From the NCBI GenBank assembly GCA_018669975.1, contig JABHSK010000007.1, forward strand, positions 128,390 through 192,389: a stretch of 64,000 bases of DNA. The letters run 5' to 3'. Below the pieces are notes generated by a model, which saw only the letters and a list, made by a program, of their open reading frames with translations, had not been told where the DNA came from and made no database searches. The position numbers and the translations under genes were made by a program. Below are positions 1 to 9,540 of this stretch, one piece after another. The DNA comes from Candidatus Parcubacteria bacterium. GTDB taxonomy: Bacteria; Patescibacteriota; Patescibacteriia; UBA1558; GWA2-36-10. The number at the start of each line of letters is the position of its first letter. The first letter of the stretch is position 1.

Positions 1-287
1 TTGGTTTTGTTTTTACAGTTTTGTTTTTAATATTATTTATTTTATTAATATTGAGAGGTTTTAAAATTTTAAAAGAAGCTCCAGATAATTTTGCTAAGTT
101 AGTGGTATTGGGTATTGTGGCTTGGCTTTCTATTCAGGTGTTTGTTAATGTGGCTGGCATGATTCAATTGGCACCATTAACTGGCGTGCCCTTACCTTTT
201 ATATCTTTAGGTGGTACTAATCTAGTTATTACTTTGGTATCGATGGGTGTATTGGCTAATATTTCTAAATATACGAACTATAAATAA
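1..287 (+). CDS. ftsW: FtsW/RodA SEDS protein, C-terminal part (truncated by window start)
   Basis: PLTGVPLPFISLGG motif; directly upstream of murG. Confidence 0.9.
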   Translation, partial: GFVFTVLFLILFILLILRGFKILKEAPDNFAKLVVLGIVAWLSIQVFVNVAGMIQLAPLTGVPLPFISLGGTNLVITLVSMGVLANISKYTNYK

Positions 288-1313
288 ATGTCAGATAAAA
301 AACCAAAAATTATTTTAGCCGGAGGTGGGACGCTGGGTTCAGTAAGTCCACTTTTAGCTATTGCTAGTAAGTATCAGGCGGATTATTTATTTATTGGTAG
401 TGATGATGGTCCAGAAAAAAAGATAATAGAGGACAAGCACATAGAATTTTTAGCTATCAAGAGTGGGAAATTACGTCGTTATTTCGACTGGAAAAATTTT
501 GCAGATATAATAAAGATCAAGTTAGCTTTTTGGCAGAGCTTAAATATAATAAATAAATTTAAACCAGACATTGTTTTGACTGCTGGAAGCTTTGTAGCTG
601 TGCCCGTAGTTTGGGCGGCTTGGATTTTGCGAGTACCAGTGATAGTGCATCAGCAAGACATTAAAGTTGGTCTAGCAAACAAACTAATGGCTCCTTTTGC
701 CAAAAAAATTACGGTCACTTTTAAAGAGCAGGTATCTAATTTTAAACACAACAAAGTGGTGATTACCGGTAATCCAGTTAGAAAAATGCAGACAGAAGAA
801 GTTTACAAGCCAATTGTGGTGATTACTGGGGGTGGACTTGGTGCTCGTCGGCTAAATAATTTCGTTGCTCTTTTTATACCTAAGTTGTTAGAAAAATATG
901 AAGTTCATCATATTTTGGGAGACAGAAATTGGGATCAGAAATTAGAACTAGATGGTTATTATCCATATAAGTTTATTAAGCGCGGCATGCTTAATATGTT
1001 GTCTCAGGCAGATATAGTTATTTCTCGAGCTGGAATGTCTTTAATTACTGAAGTGGCAGCCCTTAAAAAAGCTCTAGTGTTGATTCCTATACCAGATAGT
1101 CATCAAGAGAGGAATGCAGCTTTCTTTGCCAAGAAAAATGCAGCTATCATGGTTAAGCAGGGTTCAGATAAAATTATGGGGCGTTATTTGGATAAATTGA
1201 TGGAAAGTGATATTTTAAGAACAGGTTTAGCTAATAATTTACACCAGGCGTTTCCTAAGTATGCAGTGAATGATTATATTATTTTAATTAATAAAATTTT
1301 AAATAAAGAATAA
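288..1313 (+). CDS. murG: UDP-GlcNAc:lipid I GlcNAc transferase
   Basis: GGGTLGS N-terminal motif, TGNPVR, ISRAG, HQERNA. Confidence 0.95.
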   Translation: MSDKKPKIILAGGGTLGSVSPLLAIASKYQADYLFIGSDDGPEKKIIEDKHIEFLAIKSGKLRRYFDWKNFADIIKIKLAFWQSLNIINKFKPDIVLTAGSFVAVPVVWAAWILRVPVIVHQQDIKVGLANKLMAPFAKKITVTFKEQVSNFKHNKVVITGNPVRKMQTEEVYKPIVVITGGGLGARRLNNFVALFIPKLLEKYEVHHILGDRNWDQKLELDGYYPYKFIKRGMLNMLSQADIVISRAGMSLITEVAALKKALVLIPIPDSHQERNAAFFAKKNAAIMVKQGSDKIMGRYLDKLMESDILRTGLANNLHQAFPKYAVNDYIILINKILNKE

Positions 1314-1651
1314 TGTCTTATTCAACACAATTTTTAGGACAAAAAGTAAGAGTAAAGATTGATCGGGCTATGGGCAGTAAGCATCCTAAGTTTGATATGA
1401 TCTACCCAATTAATTATGGTTTTATTGAAGGTATAATGGCTCCCGATGGTGAGGAGCTAGATGCTTATATTTTAGGAGTAGATAAACCCGTTGAGCAGTT
1501 CACTGGTCAGTGTATTGCTGTTATACATCGTACAGATGATGAAGATGATAAGTTGATAGTAGTACCTGAAGGCGAAGATTATACAGATGAAGAAATTAGA
1601 GAGCTGACAGATTTTCAGGAAAAATATTTTAAATCAGAAATTATTAGATAA
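1313..1651 (+). CDS. ppa: Small inorganic pyrophosphatase family protein
   Basis: YPINYG...DGEELDAY...DDKL motifs. Confidence 0.8.
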   Translation: MSYSTQFLGQKVRVKIDRAMGSKHPKFDMIYPINYGFIEGIMAPDGEELDAYILGVDKPVEQFTGQCIAVIHRTDDEDDKLIVVPEGEDYTDEEIRELTDFQEKYFKSEIIR

Positions 1652-1658
1652 AACAATA

Positions 1659-3026
1659 ATGAAGTTAGATTTAAAAAAAATAAATAAAGTTTATTTATCA
1701 GGTATTGGTGGCATTGGTTTGTCAGCCATTGCTTATTATTTTTTAAATTTAGAGAAACAGGTAGAGGGTTCTGATTTAATTGAATCAGAAGTGACTAGAA
1801 GGCTTATTGAAGCCGGCGTTGATGTTAAGTTTAAACAAAAATCTAATAATATTTCGAATGATGTTGATTTATTGGTATATTCTTCTGCTTTACCAATAGA
1901 TCATGTTGAGCTAGTAAAAGCTAAAGAATTAAAGATTCCTAGTCTGAGTTATTTTGAATTTCTGGGTTTGTTGAGTAAGCAGTACAAGACTATCGCAGTG
2001 ACTGGTACCAACGGCAAGACCACTACTACAGCTATGTTGGGTTTGATGTTGGAAAAAGCAGGTTTAGATCCTACGGTAATAGTTGGTAGTTTGGTACCAC
2101 AGTGGAATAGTAATTTTAGACTAGGCCAGTCAGATATTTTAGTAGTGGAAGCCTGTGAGTGGCAAGCACATATGTTGGAGATTGATCCTGATATTATTGT
2201 GCTAACTAATATCGCCGAGGACCATTTAGATTTTTATAAAGATTTAACAGATATTAAAAATCATTTTCAAAAGTTTGTTGATAAATTACCCAAAGATGGA
2301 GTACTGGTCAAAAATTTTGATGACCAAGATTCAGACGACATAAAGTTTGCCGGTAAGCTTTTGACTTTTGGCAAGGGTGATAAAGCAGATTGTCATTTTA
2401 AAGATGTTGTTATTGATGAGGGTCAACAAAAATTTTCTGTTTATAAAGAGGGCAAAGAGATGTCAAAAGTAGAATTAGCAGTACCAGGTGAATATAATAT
2501 TTACAATGCTTTAGGGGCTATGGCAGTGGCCAAACAGCTGGGAGTAAATAAACATCAGATGTGGAATGCCATGCGAGAGTTTAAGGGAACTTGGCGTAGA
2601 TTTGAAACTGTTGGACAAATAAAGAATAATATTGTTATTTCGGATTATGCTCATCATCCAGAGTCAATCAATGGTTTACTTAGGGCAACTAAAGATTTTT
2701 ATCCAGATAAAAAGATAATTGCTGTGTTCCAGCCCCACCATCATAACCGCACTAAGACCTTATTGGATGATTTTGCCAAAGCTTTTTATTTAGCTGATCA
2801 AGTAATAATCTCAGAAATTTATCAGGTTAGTGGTCGGGAAAATGAAAAACATGAAGCTGTTAGTAGCCATGATTTAATTGCCAAAATGAATCATAATAAA
2901 AAATATTATGCCAAGGATTTTTCTGAGGCTAGAAAAATCCTTAAGGATATTAACCCAGTTGATGCAGTAATATTGTTTATTGGAGCAGGGGACATAGATG
3001 ATTTGGCTAGAGAAGTAATTGATTAA
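1659..3026 (+). CDS. murC: UDP-N-acetylmuramate--L-alanine ligase
   Basis: GIGGIGLS, GTNGKTTT, DYAHHP, FQPH motifs. Confidence 0.95.
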   Translation: MKLDLKKINKVYLSGIGGIGLSAIAYYFLNLEKQVEGSDLIESEVTRRLIEAGVDVKFKQKSNNISNDVDLLVYSSALPIDHVELVKAKELKIPSLSYFEFLGLLSKQYKTIAVTGTNGKTTTTAMLGLMLEKAGLDPTVIVGSLVPQWNSNFRLGQSDILVVEACEWQAHMLEIDPDIIVLTNIAEDHLDFYKDLTDIKNHFQKFVDKLPKDGVLVKNFDDQDSDDIKFAGKLLTFGKGDKADCHFKDVVIDEGQQKFSVYKEGKEMSKVELAVPGEYNIYNALGAMAVAKQLGVNKHQMWNAMREFKGTWRRFETVGQIKNNIVISDYAHHPESINGLLRATKDFYPDKKIIAVFQPHHHNRTKTLLDDFAKAFYLADQVIISEIYQVSGRENEKHEAVSSHDLIAKMNHNKKYYAKDFSEARKILKDINPVDAVILFIGAGDIDDLAREVID

Positions 3027-3027
3027 T

Positions 3028-3174
3028 ATGAAATCAATTAAATTATTAAGATTAGGACGTTTCAAAATATCCTTTGCTTGGTATGATTTGTGGATTGGTT
3101 TTTATATAGATAGTGATGAAAATATTTTATATATTTGTCCAATACCAACTTTATTGTTTACGATAAAATTATGA
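3028..3174 (+). CDS. 48-aa small protein (MKSIKLLRLGRFKISFAWYDLWIGFYIDSDENILYICPIPTLLFTIKL), absent from ORF track
   Basis: ATG 1 nt after the murC stop; its TGA overlaps the murB ATG (ATGA coupling). Confidence 0.65.
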   Translation: MKSIKLLRLGRFKISFAWYDLWIGFYIDSDENILYICPIPTLLFTIKL

Positions 3175-4091
3175 AAATAAAAGAAAAAGTTCTATTAAAA
3201 GACTACACAACTTTTAAAATAGGTGGGCCAGCTAAACATTTTGTAGAAGTATCTACTATTGAAGAATTGCAGGAAGCCTTGGTTTGGGCCAAAGAAAATA
3301 AACAGCAGTTTTTGATTTTGGGAGGAGGTAGTAATGTAATTGTATCTGACAGTGGTTTCGCTGGTTTAGTAATTAAGCTAGATCTACAGCAACTAGACTT
3401 TAATGATAATAAAGTGACAGTTGGTCCAGGAGTAATGCTAGCCTACTTACTTAATAAATCTTTAGCTAAAGATTTGGTTGGTTTGGAATTTGCCGCTGGT
3501 ATTCCAGGTACTGTTGGAGGGGCGATTCGTGGTAACGCTGGTACCTATGGACTAGCCATGTCTGATGTTATTGTTAAGATAAAATATCTAGACGACGACT
3601 ATACTGTTCAGGAAATGAGCAAGAAGAAAGCGGGATTTTCCTACCGTCATAGTATTTTTAAAACAAATAGTTGGATTATTTTAGAAGCAGAGCTAAAATT
3701 ATCTACTGGCAATGTAGATGCAGCTAAAAAATTGGTAGCTGATAGATTGCAATATCGTCAGGATACACAACCAAATCAACCTTCAGCCGGCTGCATTTTT
3801 AAGAATATTCGCTTTGAAGATGTTGATTTGAAAGATCTTAAAGACAGGAATGTGGATGTTGATAAGTTCGCTGAGCACAAGAAAATACCAGCTGGTTATT
3901 TGATTGAAAAGATGGGTCTTAAAGGACATGTTATTGGAGATGCTCAAATTTCAGAAAAACATGCTAATTATATCGTCAATAAAGGTCAGGCTACAGCAGA
4001 ACAAGTAATAATAATGATTAGCTTTATAAAGCAGCAAATACGGGATAAATATGGTATTCAGCTACAGGAAGAAGTGCAGATTATAGTCTAG
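3171..4091 (+). CDS. murB: UDP-N-acetylenolpyruvoylglucosamine reductase
   Basis: TTFKIGG, GGGSN, GIPGTVGG, SAGCIFKN, HANYIVN; start placed at ATG 3171. Confidence 0.95.
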   Translation: MKIKEKVLLKDYTTFKIGGPAKHFVEVSTIEELQEALVWAKENKQQFLILGGGSNVIVSDSGFAGLVIKLDLQQLDFNDNKVTVGPGVMLAYLLNKSLAKDLVGLEFAAGIPGTVGGAIRGNAGTYGLAMSDVIVKIKYLDDDYTVQEMSKKKAGFSYRHSIFKTNSWIILEAELKLSTGNVDAAKKLVADRLQYRQDTQPNQPSAGCIFKNIRFEDVDLKDLKDRNVDVDKFAEHKKIPAGYLIEKMGLKGHVIGDAQISEKHANYIVNKGQATAEQVIIMISFIKQQIRDKYGIQLQEEVQIIV

Positions 4092-4125
4092 ATTGATGTA
4101 TTTATCGGAAGTGGGCCTAAAATGA

Positions 4126-4153
4126 TTGACAAATCAAAAAAAATCTGTATAAT
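4126..4153 (+). promoter_or_regulatory. sigma70 promoter of infA/alpha operon
   Basis: TTGACA-16-TATAAT. Confidence 0.75.
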
Positions 4154-4262
4154 ATAGGGGCGTTTATTATGCAGTGAGATTATTATTAATTTCGCGCTTT
4201 TGAAAGATAATTCTATATATCAAATTAATGATGTATGATGAATTTCTTTTTTATTATAAAAA

Positions 4263-4499
4263 ATGGAGGATACACAAAGCAAAGTAAATAAAAAGGGTTT
4301 CTTGGAGATGGACGGCGAAGTTGTCGAACTTCTTCCTAACACTAACTTTAAAGTCATGTTAGATAATGGACATGAGATTTTGGCTCACTTAGCCGGCAAG
4401 ATGAGAATGTATAAAATTCGTATTTTGCCAGGTGATAAAGTGACAGTTGAGATGAGTCCATACGATATGAGTAAAGGTAGAATTGTTTTTAGAAAATAA
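4263..4499 (+). CDS. infA: Translation initiation factor IF-1
   Basis: LPNTNFKV...HLAGKMR...ILPGDKV...SPYD. Confidence 0.97.
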   Translation: MEDTQSKVNKKGFLEMDGEVVELLPNTNFKVMLDNGHEILAHLAGKMRMYKIRILPGDKVTVEMSPYDMSKGRIVFRK

Positions 4500-4513
4500 A
4501 TTATATAAGAAAG

Positions 4514-4627
4514 ATGAAAGTAAGAGCTTCAGTCAAAAAGATGTGTAAGGATTGTAAAATTATTCGACGTAAGAATAGAGTTGTTTGTATTTGTAAGACT
4601 CCAAAACACAAACAGAGACAGGGCTAA
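4514..4627 (+). CDS. rpmJ: 50S ribosomal protein L36 (37 aa; absent from ORF track)
   Basis: [37 protein letters not shown]; canonical position. Confidence 0.97.
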   Translation: MKVRASVKKMCKDCKIIRRKNRVVCICKTPKHKQRQG

Positions 4628-4651
4628 TTTTTATTTTAAGAAGAAAAACAT

Positions 4652-5038
4652 ATGGCAAGAATTTCAGGCGTTAACATTCCAAATGATAAAAGAGTAGTAA
4701 TAGCACTTACTTATATTTTTGGAGTTGGTTTAACAACCTCACAAAAGATTTTGACAGAAATAAATGTTGATTTTAATACCAGAGTCAAAGATTTAAATGA
4801 TGATCAACTAAGATTACTTCGCGGTAGAATAGAGAAGTTATTGGTTGAAGGTGAGTTGAGAAGAACCAAGGCTGCTAATATCAAGCGTTTGAAAGAAATA
4901 AAATCTTTCCGTGGCAGTAGACATACAAAAGGTTTACCAGTTAGAGGTCAAAGGTCAAAGACTAACTCACGTACAGTACGTGGTAATAAACGTTTGACTA
5001 TGGGTAGTGGTAAAACTGGAACTGCACAGAAAACATAA
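4652..5038 (+). CDS. rpsM: 30S ribosomal protein S13
   Basis: [21 protein letters not shown]. Confidence 0.97.
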   Translation: MARISGVNIPNDKRVVIALTYIFGVGLTTSQKILTEINVDFNTRVKDLNDDQLRLLRGRIEKLLVEGELRRTKAANIKRLKEIKSFRGSRHTKGLPVRGQRSKTNSRTVRGNKRLTMGSGKTGTAQKT

Positions 5039-5062
5039 TTTTTAGTTTAGAAATATTTTGAT

Positions 5063-5446
5063 ATGAAAAAAGTAAAGTCAAAAAAGAAAGTAAAGAAGAT
5101 AGTAAAAAAGGGTCAAGCTCATATTCAAGCTACCTATAATAATACTATTGTGACGATCACTGATCCACAGGGAAATGTGTTGGCTTGGTCATCTGCCGGA
5201 ATTAACGGTTTTAAAGGACCTAAAAAGGCTACTCCGTATGCAGCTGGAATTATCGTCAGGAATGTTGCTGAGAAAGTCAAAGATTTTAATATGTCAGAAG
5301 TCGATGTCTTTGTAAAAGGTGTCGGTGCTGGTCGTGAAGCTTCAATTAGAGCCTTGCATGGTAATGGATTGACTGTTAACTCAATTCAAGATCAAACACC
5401 AATACCGCACAACGGTTGTCGACCAAAGAAAACAAGAAGAGTTTAA
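5063..5446 (+). CDS. rpsK: 30S ribosomal protein S11
   Basis: [18 protein letters not shown]. Confidence 0.97.
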   Translation: MKKVKSKKKVKKIVKKGQAHIQATYNNTIVTITDPQGNVLAWSSAGINGFKGPKKATPYAAGIIVRNVAEKVKDFNMSEVDVFVKGVGAGREASIRALHGNGLTVNSIQDQTPIPHNGCRPKKTRRV

Positions 5447-5459
5447 TACTAATTGAAAT

Positions 5460-6074
5460 ATGGGAAGAAATCTAAAACCACGACATAAAGCTAGCCGAAG
5501 ATTTGGAGAGAATGTTGCTGATACAGCTAAGTCTCCTTTGGCTAAAAAGCCATATCCACCAGGAATGCATGGTCCTAAAAAGACTTTTGCTAAAGTTTCT
5601 GAATATGGTCGTCAGTTAAAGGAAAAACAAAAAGCCAAGGCTATTTATGGTCTTTTGGAAAAACAGTTTCGTCTTACTTTTTCTAAAGCATCAAAGATGA
5701 CTGGTGAAATTAGTAGTAATTTATTATTACTTTTAGAAACTCGTTTAGATAACGTAATTTTTCGCTCAGGTTTAGCTCCTACTAGACGTTTAGCTAGACA
5801 ATTGGTAACGCATGCCCATTTTACTGTTGATGGAGTTAAAACAAACATTCCTTCATATAGGGTAAAACCAGGACAAGTTATTAAGCTTAAAGAAAACAAG
5901 CTTAAAAAAGCTTATTGGGCTAAGATTTTAGAAAAGATCGAAGACATTGAATCAGCTGGTTGGTTGACTCTAGATAAAAAAGAAATGAGTATTACTATTA
6001 GTAGCTTACCAAACAAGGAAGAGTTACCACAAAACATTGAAACTCATTTGATTATTGATTTTTATTCAAGATAA
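5460..6074 (+). CDS. rpsD: 30S ribosomal protein S4
   Basis: SEYGRQLKEKQK, LETRLDNV. Confidence 0.97.
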   Translation: MGRNLKPRHKASRRFGENVADTAKSPLAKKPYPPGMHGPKKTFAKVSEYGRQLKEKQKAKAIYGLLEKQFRLTFSKASKMTGEISSNLLLLLETRLDNVIFRSGLAPTRRLARQLVTHAHFTVDGVKTNIPSYRVKPGQVIKLKENKLKKAYWAKILEKIEDIESAGWLTLDKKEMSITISSLPNKEELPQNIETHLIIDFYSR

Positions 6075-6099
6075 TAAATAAAAACTAAAAAATAGAGCC

Positions 6100-6870
6100 A
6101 TGACACAAATTACATTACCAGGCAAAGTTTCTATCAAAGACCAAAAAGATAATCGCTACCAAGTGATTATTGAGCCATTTTATCCTGGTTTCGGGGTAAC
6201 TGTAGGCAATTCTTTGAGGAGAGCTTTATTGTCATCACTAGGTGGTGCTGCTGTTACTTCTTTCAAGATTGACGGTGCACAGCATGAATTCGATTCTATT
6301 GATTTCATGAAGGAGGATTTAGTAGAGGTTATGCTAAATTTAAAGAAATTAAGAGTAAAATCATTTTCAGAAGAGCCAGTTAAATTAATGGTTGATGTTA
6401 AAGGTGCAAAAGTTGTGACTGCAGCTGATATTACTAAAAATTCTGATGTAGAAGTTATCAATAAAGATATGGTCATTGCTACTTTAACAGATAAAACTGC
6501 TAAATTATCAATGGAAATTATAGTTGAGCAAGGCATCGGTTATGTGACAGTGGAACAAAGAGACGATAAAGAGAAGTTAGATATCGGTAATGTTGCTATT
6601 GACGCTAGTTTTTCACCAGTTTTGAATGTTGGTTATAATATAGAGAGTGTTCGTGTTGGTGAAATGACCAACTATGAAAAGCTTACTATGGACATTTTAA
6701 CTGATGGAAGTATTGATGCTAAAGAAGCTATCAGTCAGGCAGCTAAAATATTGGAAGAACATTTTAATTTCTTGATTGACTCAGGAGACAAAAAAGAAAC
6801 CAAGAAAAAAACCACAAAGAAAGAAGCTGCTGAAGAAGAAAAAGAGGAAATCGAAGAAGATAAAGAATAA
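6100..6870 (+). CDS. rpoA: RNA polymerase alpha subunit lacking a recognisable alpha-CTD
   Basis: EPFYPGFGVTVGNSLRRALLSS, IDASFSPV; ends in a K/E-rich tail at 256 aa. Confidence 0.95.
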   Translation: MTQITLPGKVSIKDQKDNRYQVIIEPFYPGFGVTVGNSLRRALLSSLGGAAVTSFKIDGAQHEFDSIDFMKEDLVEVMLNLKKLRVKSFSEEPVKLMVDVKGAKVVTAADITKNSDVEVINKDMVIATLTDKTAKLSMEIIVEQGIGYVTVEQRDDKEKLDIGNVAIDASFSPVLNVGYNIESVRVGEMTNYEKLTMDILTDGSIDAKEAISQAAKILEEHFNFLIDSGDKKETKKKTTKKEAAEEEKEEIEEDKE

Positions 6871-6882
6871 ACTATATAAAAA

Positions 6883-7233
6883 ATGAGACACCGTAATAAG
6901 AAAAAAATATTAGACAGAGCCCGAGCTCCACGTCAAGCAATGTTGGAGAATTTGGCTACTTCTATTATTTTATATGAAAAAATCACTACTACTGAGGCTA
7001 AAGCCAAGGCAGTTAAGCCAATGTTGGAAAAGTTGATTACCAGATCAAAAATAAAGTCAGTTCACAATAAACAACAACTAGGCAGTGTTTTGCACGATAA
7101 AAAAGCTGTACAAAAAGCCCTGGATGTTTTAGGGCCAAAATATAAAGAGAGAAAAGGTGGTTATTGCCGAATCATTAAGATTGGTCCAAGAGCTGGAGAT
7201 GGTGCAAATATGGCTCAAATTGAATTAGTATAA
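6883..7233 (+). CDS. rplQ: 50S ribosomal protein L17
   Basis: MRHR, ITTTEAKAK, GGYCRI, RAGD. Confidence 0.97.
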   Translation: MRHRNKKKILDRARAPRQAMLENLATSIILYEKITTTEAKAKAVKPMLEKLITRSKIKSVHNKQQLGSVLHDKKAVQKALDVLGPKYKERKGGYCRIIKIGPRAGDGANMAQIELV

Positions 7234-7247
7234 TATTTTATAAAATC

Positions 7248-7595
7248 ATGGAAAGAACAACACACAAAATTGATGCTACAGAGAGAATTGCCGGTCGTTT
7301 GGCTTCAGAGATCGCTGTTTTATTGCAAGGTAAAAACAAGGTTTCTTATCAACCAAATGTAGACTGTGGCGATATTGTAGAAGTCACCAATGTAGCTAAG
7401 ATTAAATTTTCTGGAAAAAAGATCGATACCAAGGTTTATCATAGGACTACTATGTATCCAAGTGGTATCAGAACTAAGGAGTTAAAGAATTTAATTAAAG
7501 ATGATCCAGCAGAAGTACTTAGAAAGACTATTTACAATATGCTACCAAAAAATAGACTTAGATCTAACATGTTAAAAAGATTGATTATTAAATAA
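7248..7595 (+). CDS. rplM: 50S ribosomal protein L13 (short, 115 aa)
   Basis: GRLASEIA...GKNK...DCGD...MLPKNRL. Confidence 0.95.
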   Translation: MERTTHKIDATERIAGRLASEIAVLLQGKNKVSYQPNVDCGDIVEVTNVAKIKFSGKKIDTKVYHRTTMYPSGIRTKELKNLIKDDPAEVLRKTIYNMLPKNRLRSNMLKRLIIK

Positions 7596-7596
7596 T

Positions 7597-8010
7597 ATGA
7601 GTGTAAAAACTGATAACAAAGAATATACCCCAGCTGTCGGCAAAAGAAAGTGTGCTATCGCTAGAATTAGATTGCTGAATAAAAAAGTTAATGGTATTGA
7701 AATTATAGTTAATGAAAAGGATTATAAAGTATATTTTCCATATTTTGAATGGCAGGAAGCTATTTTAAAGCCAATAATTTTAGCTGGACAGGAGAACATC
7801 GCTTTTTCTATTAAAGTCCACGGCGGCGGTCCTAAGGGCCAGTCAGATGCTGTTAGACATGGTATTGCCAAGGTTTTACTTAAACAAGATGAAGAATTAC
7901 GTGCTACACTCAAAAAAGAGGGTTTATTGACTAGAGATTCTAGGGTTAAGGAAAGAAAGAAGCCTGGTTTGAGAAAAGCTCGTCGAGCTCCACAATGGTC
8001 AAAACGTTAA
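7597..8010 (+). CDS. rpsI: 30S ribosomal protein S9
   Basis: GGGPKGQ, LLTRDSRVKERKK, PQWSKR. Confidence 0.97.
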   Translation: MSVKTDNKEYTPAVGKRKCAIARIRLLNKKVNGIEIIVNEKDYKVYFPYFEWQEAILKPIILAGQENIAFSIKVHGGGPKGQSDAVRHGIAKVLLKQDEELRATLKKEGLLTRDSRVKERKKPGLRKARRAPQWSKR

Positions 8011-8022
8011 TATAAATATATT

Positions 8023-8051
8023 AAAAAATCCCGGATCTTACGGGATTTTTT
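8023..8051 (+). terminator. Intrinsic (bidirectional-type) terminator after rpsI
   Basis: AAAAAATCCCG-GATCTTA-CGGGATTTTTT. Confidence 0.85.
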
Positions 8052-8100
8052 GTTTGGGATAAATCTTTATTTTTAAGGTCTTTTCTGCTATAATTAGCCT

Positions 8101-9540
8101 ATGGTAACAGCCCAAAAGATCACTGCTAATACCTCTTTTTTTATGGTTGCTTTGGTGTTGCAAAAGCTTCTTTCTTTTATTTATTTTACTTTACTGGCGA
8201 GAACTTTGGGTGCCGAGGGTACTGGGCAGTATTTTTTTGCTATTTCTTTCGCCACTATGTTTTCCGTGTTAATGGATGTGGGTTTGACACCAGTGCTTAT
8301 CAGAGAGGTAGCCAAGGATAAAGAAAACGGTCAAAAGTGGTTTCAACAGATATTTACTCTCAAAATTATTACTGGCATAATCACTGTGTTGATATTGGTA
8401 ATTACTGACAGTGTTATTTTTTATAGCGATGCTGTTAGGAACTTAATATATTTAACCACAGCGATTGTTTTGATAGATAGCTTTACTCTGTTGTTTTACG
8501 GGTATATCAGAGGTCGTCAAAGTTTGAAATTTGAATCATGGGGAACAATTATCTTTCAGTTGATCATTATGGTGATGGGTTTAAGCTTGATGCAGATTAC
8601 AAATAATGTATTGGTTTTGCTGACAGTTTTATTTACGGCTAGTTTATTTAATTTAATTTTTTCAGGGATAATTTTAGTTAAGAAGTTTAAAGTTAAATTT
8701 AAACTTTATTATAGACAGGATTTTGTTAAGAAAATAATAGCTGTTACTTTACCCTTTGCTTTGGCGGCTATTTTTGCCAAAATCTATGCCTACATGGATA
8801 CATTTTTATTAAAGATGTTTTTGGGTGATGCTGAAGTTGGTTTTTATAGTATTGCTTATAAAATTACCTTTGCTTTACAGTTTATTCCTTTGGCTTTTGT
8901 GGCTGCACTTTATCCAGCTTTTTCTAGTTATTTTAAAAATGATTATGAGCAACTTAAAAAAGTTTTTGCTAAAGCTTTTAACTATTTAGCCTTTATAGCC
9001 TTACCAGTTAGTTTTGGTGTGATAGCATTAGCTGAAGAAATAGTAGCTAAACTTTATACGCAAGAATTTAGTTTTTCTATCCTGCCTTTGCAGGTTTTAA
9101 TAGTTAGTATTCCATTTTTGTTTATTAATTTTTCATTATCCAGTTTTCTTAATGCCACTAATAGACAAAAAATTAACACTAGAAATTTAGGTTTGGTGAT
9201 GGCATTAAATGTTATTTTAAATATAATATTTATTCCTAGGCTAGGTATTTGGGGAGCTAGTTTAGCTTCCTCTCTGAGCACTTTATTATTATTCACGCTT
9301 AATTTAACTGCGGTTTTACGGGTTACTAGTTTTAAAGCTAAATTATTCAAACCATTAATAGGTTCTTTATTTTCAGCCTTAATTATGTTTGGGGTGGTGC
9401 TTTATATGAAAGATATTATACATTGGATATTGTCTATTATAGTTGGAGTAATTGTGTATCTAGTGCTAATGTTTATTACTAAGACCCTAAAGCAGTCAGA
9501 TATAATGTTTATAAAAAAGTCATTCGGTAAACCAAGTTAA
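8101..9540 (+). CDS. Wzx/MOP-family polysaccharide flippase
   Basis: Multi-TM protein with LARTLG..G.Y.F and VGFYSIAYK motifs. Confidence 0.85.
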   Translation: MVTAQKITANTSFFMVALVLQKLLSFIYFTLLARTLGAEGTGQYFFAISFATMFSVLMDVGLTPVLIREVAKDKENGQKWFQQIFTLKIITGIITVLILVITDSVIFYSDAVRNLIYLTTAIVLIDSFTLLFYGYIRGRQSLKFESWGTIIFQLIIMVMGLSLMQITNNVLVLLTVLFTASLFNLIFSGIILVKKFKVKFKLYYRQDFVKKIIAVTLPFALAAIFAKIYAYMDTFLLKMFLGDAEVGFYSIAYKITFALQFIPLAFVAALYPAFSSYFKNDYEQLKKVFAKAFNYLAFIALPVSFGVIALAEEIVAKLYTQEFSFSILPLQVLIVSIPFLFINFSLSSFLNATNRQKINTRNLGLVMALNVILNIIFIPRLGIWGASLASSLSTLLLFTLNLTAVLRVTSFKAKLFKPLIGSLFSALIMFGVVLYMKDIIHWILSIIVGVIVYLVLMFITKTLKQSDIMFIKKSFGKPS

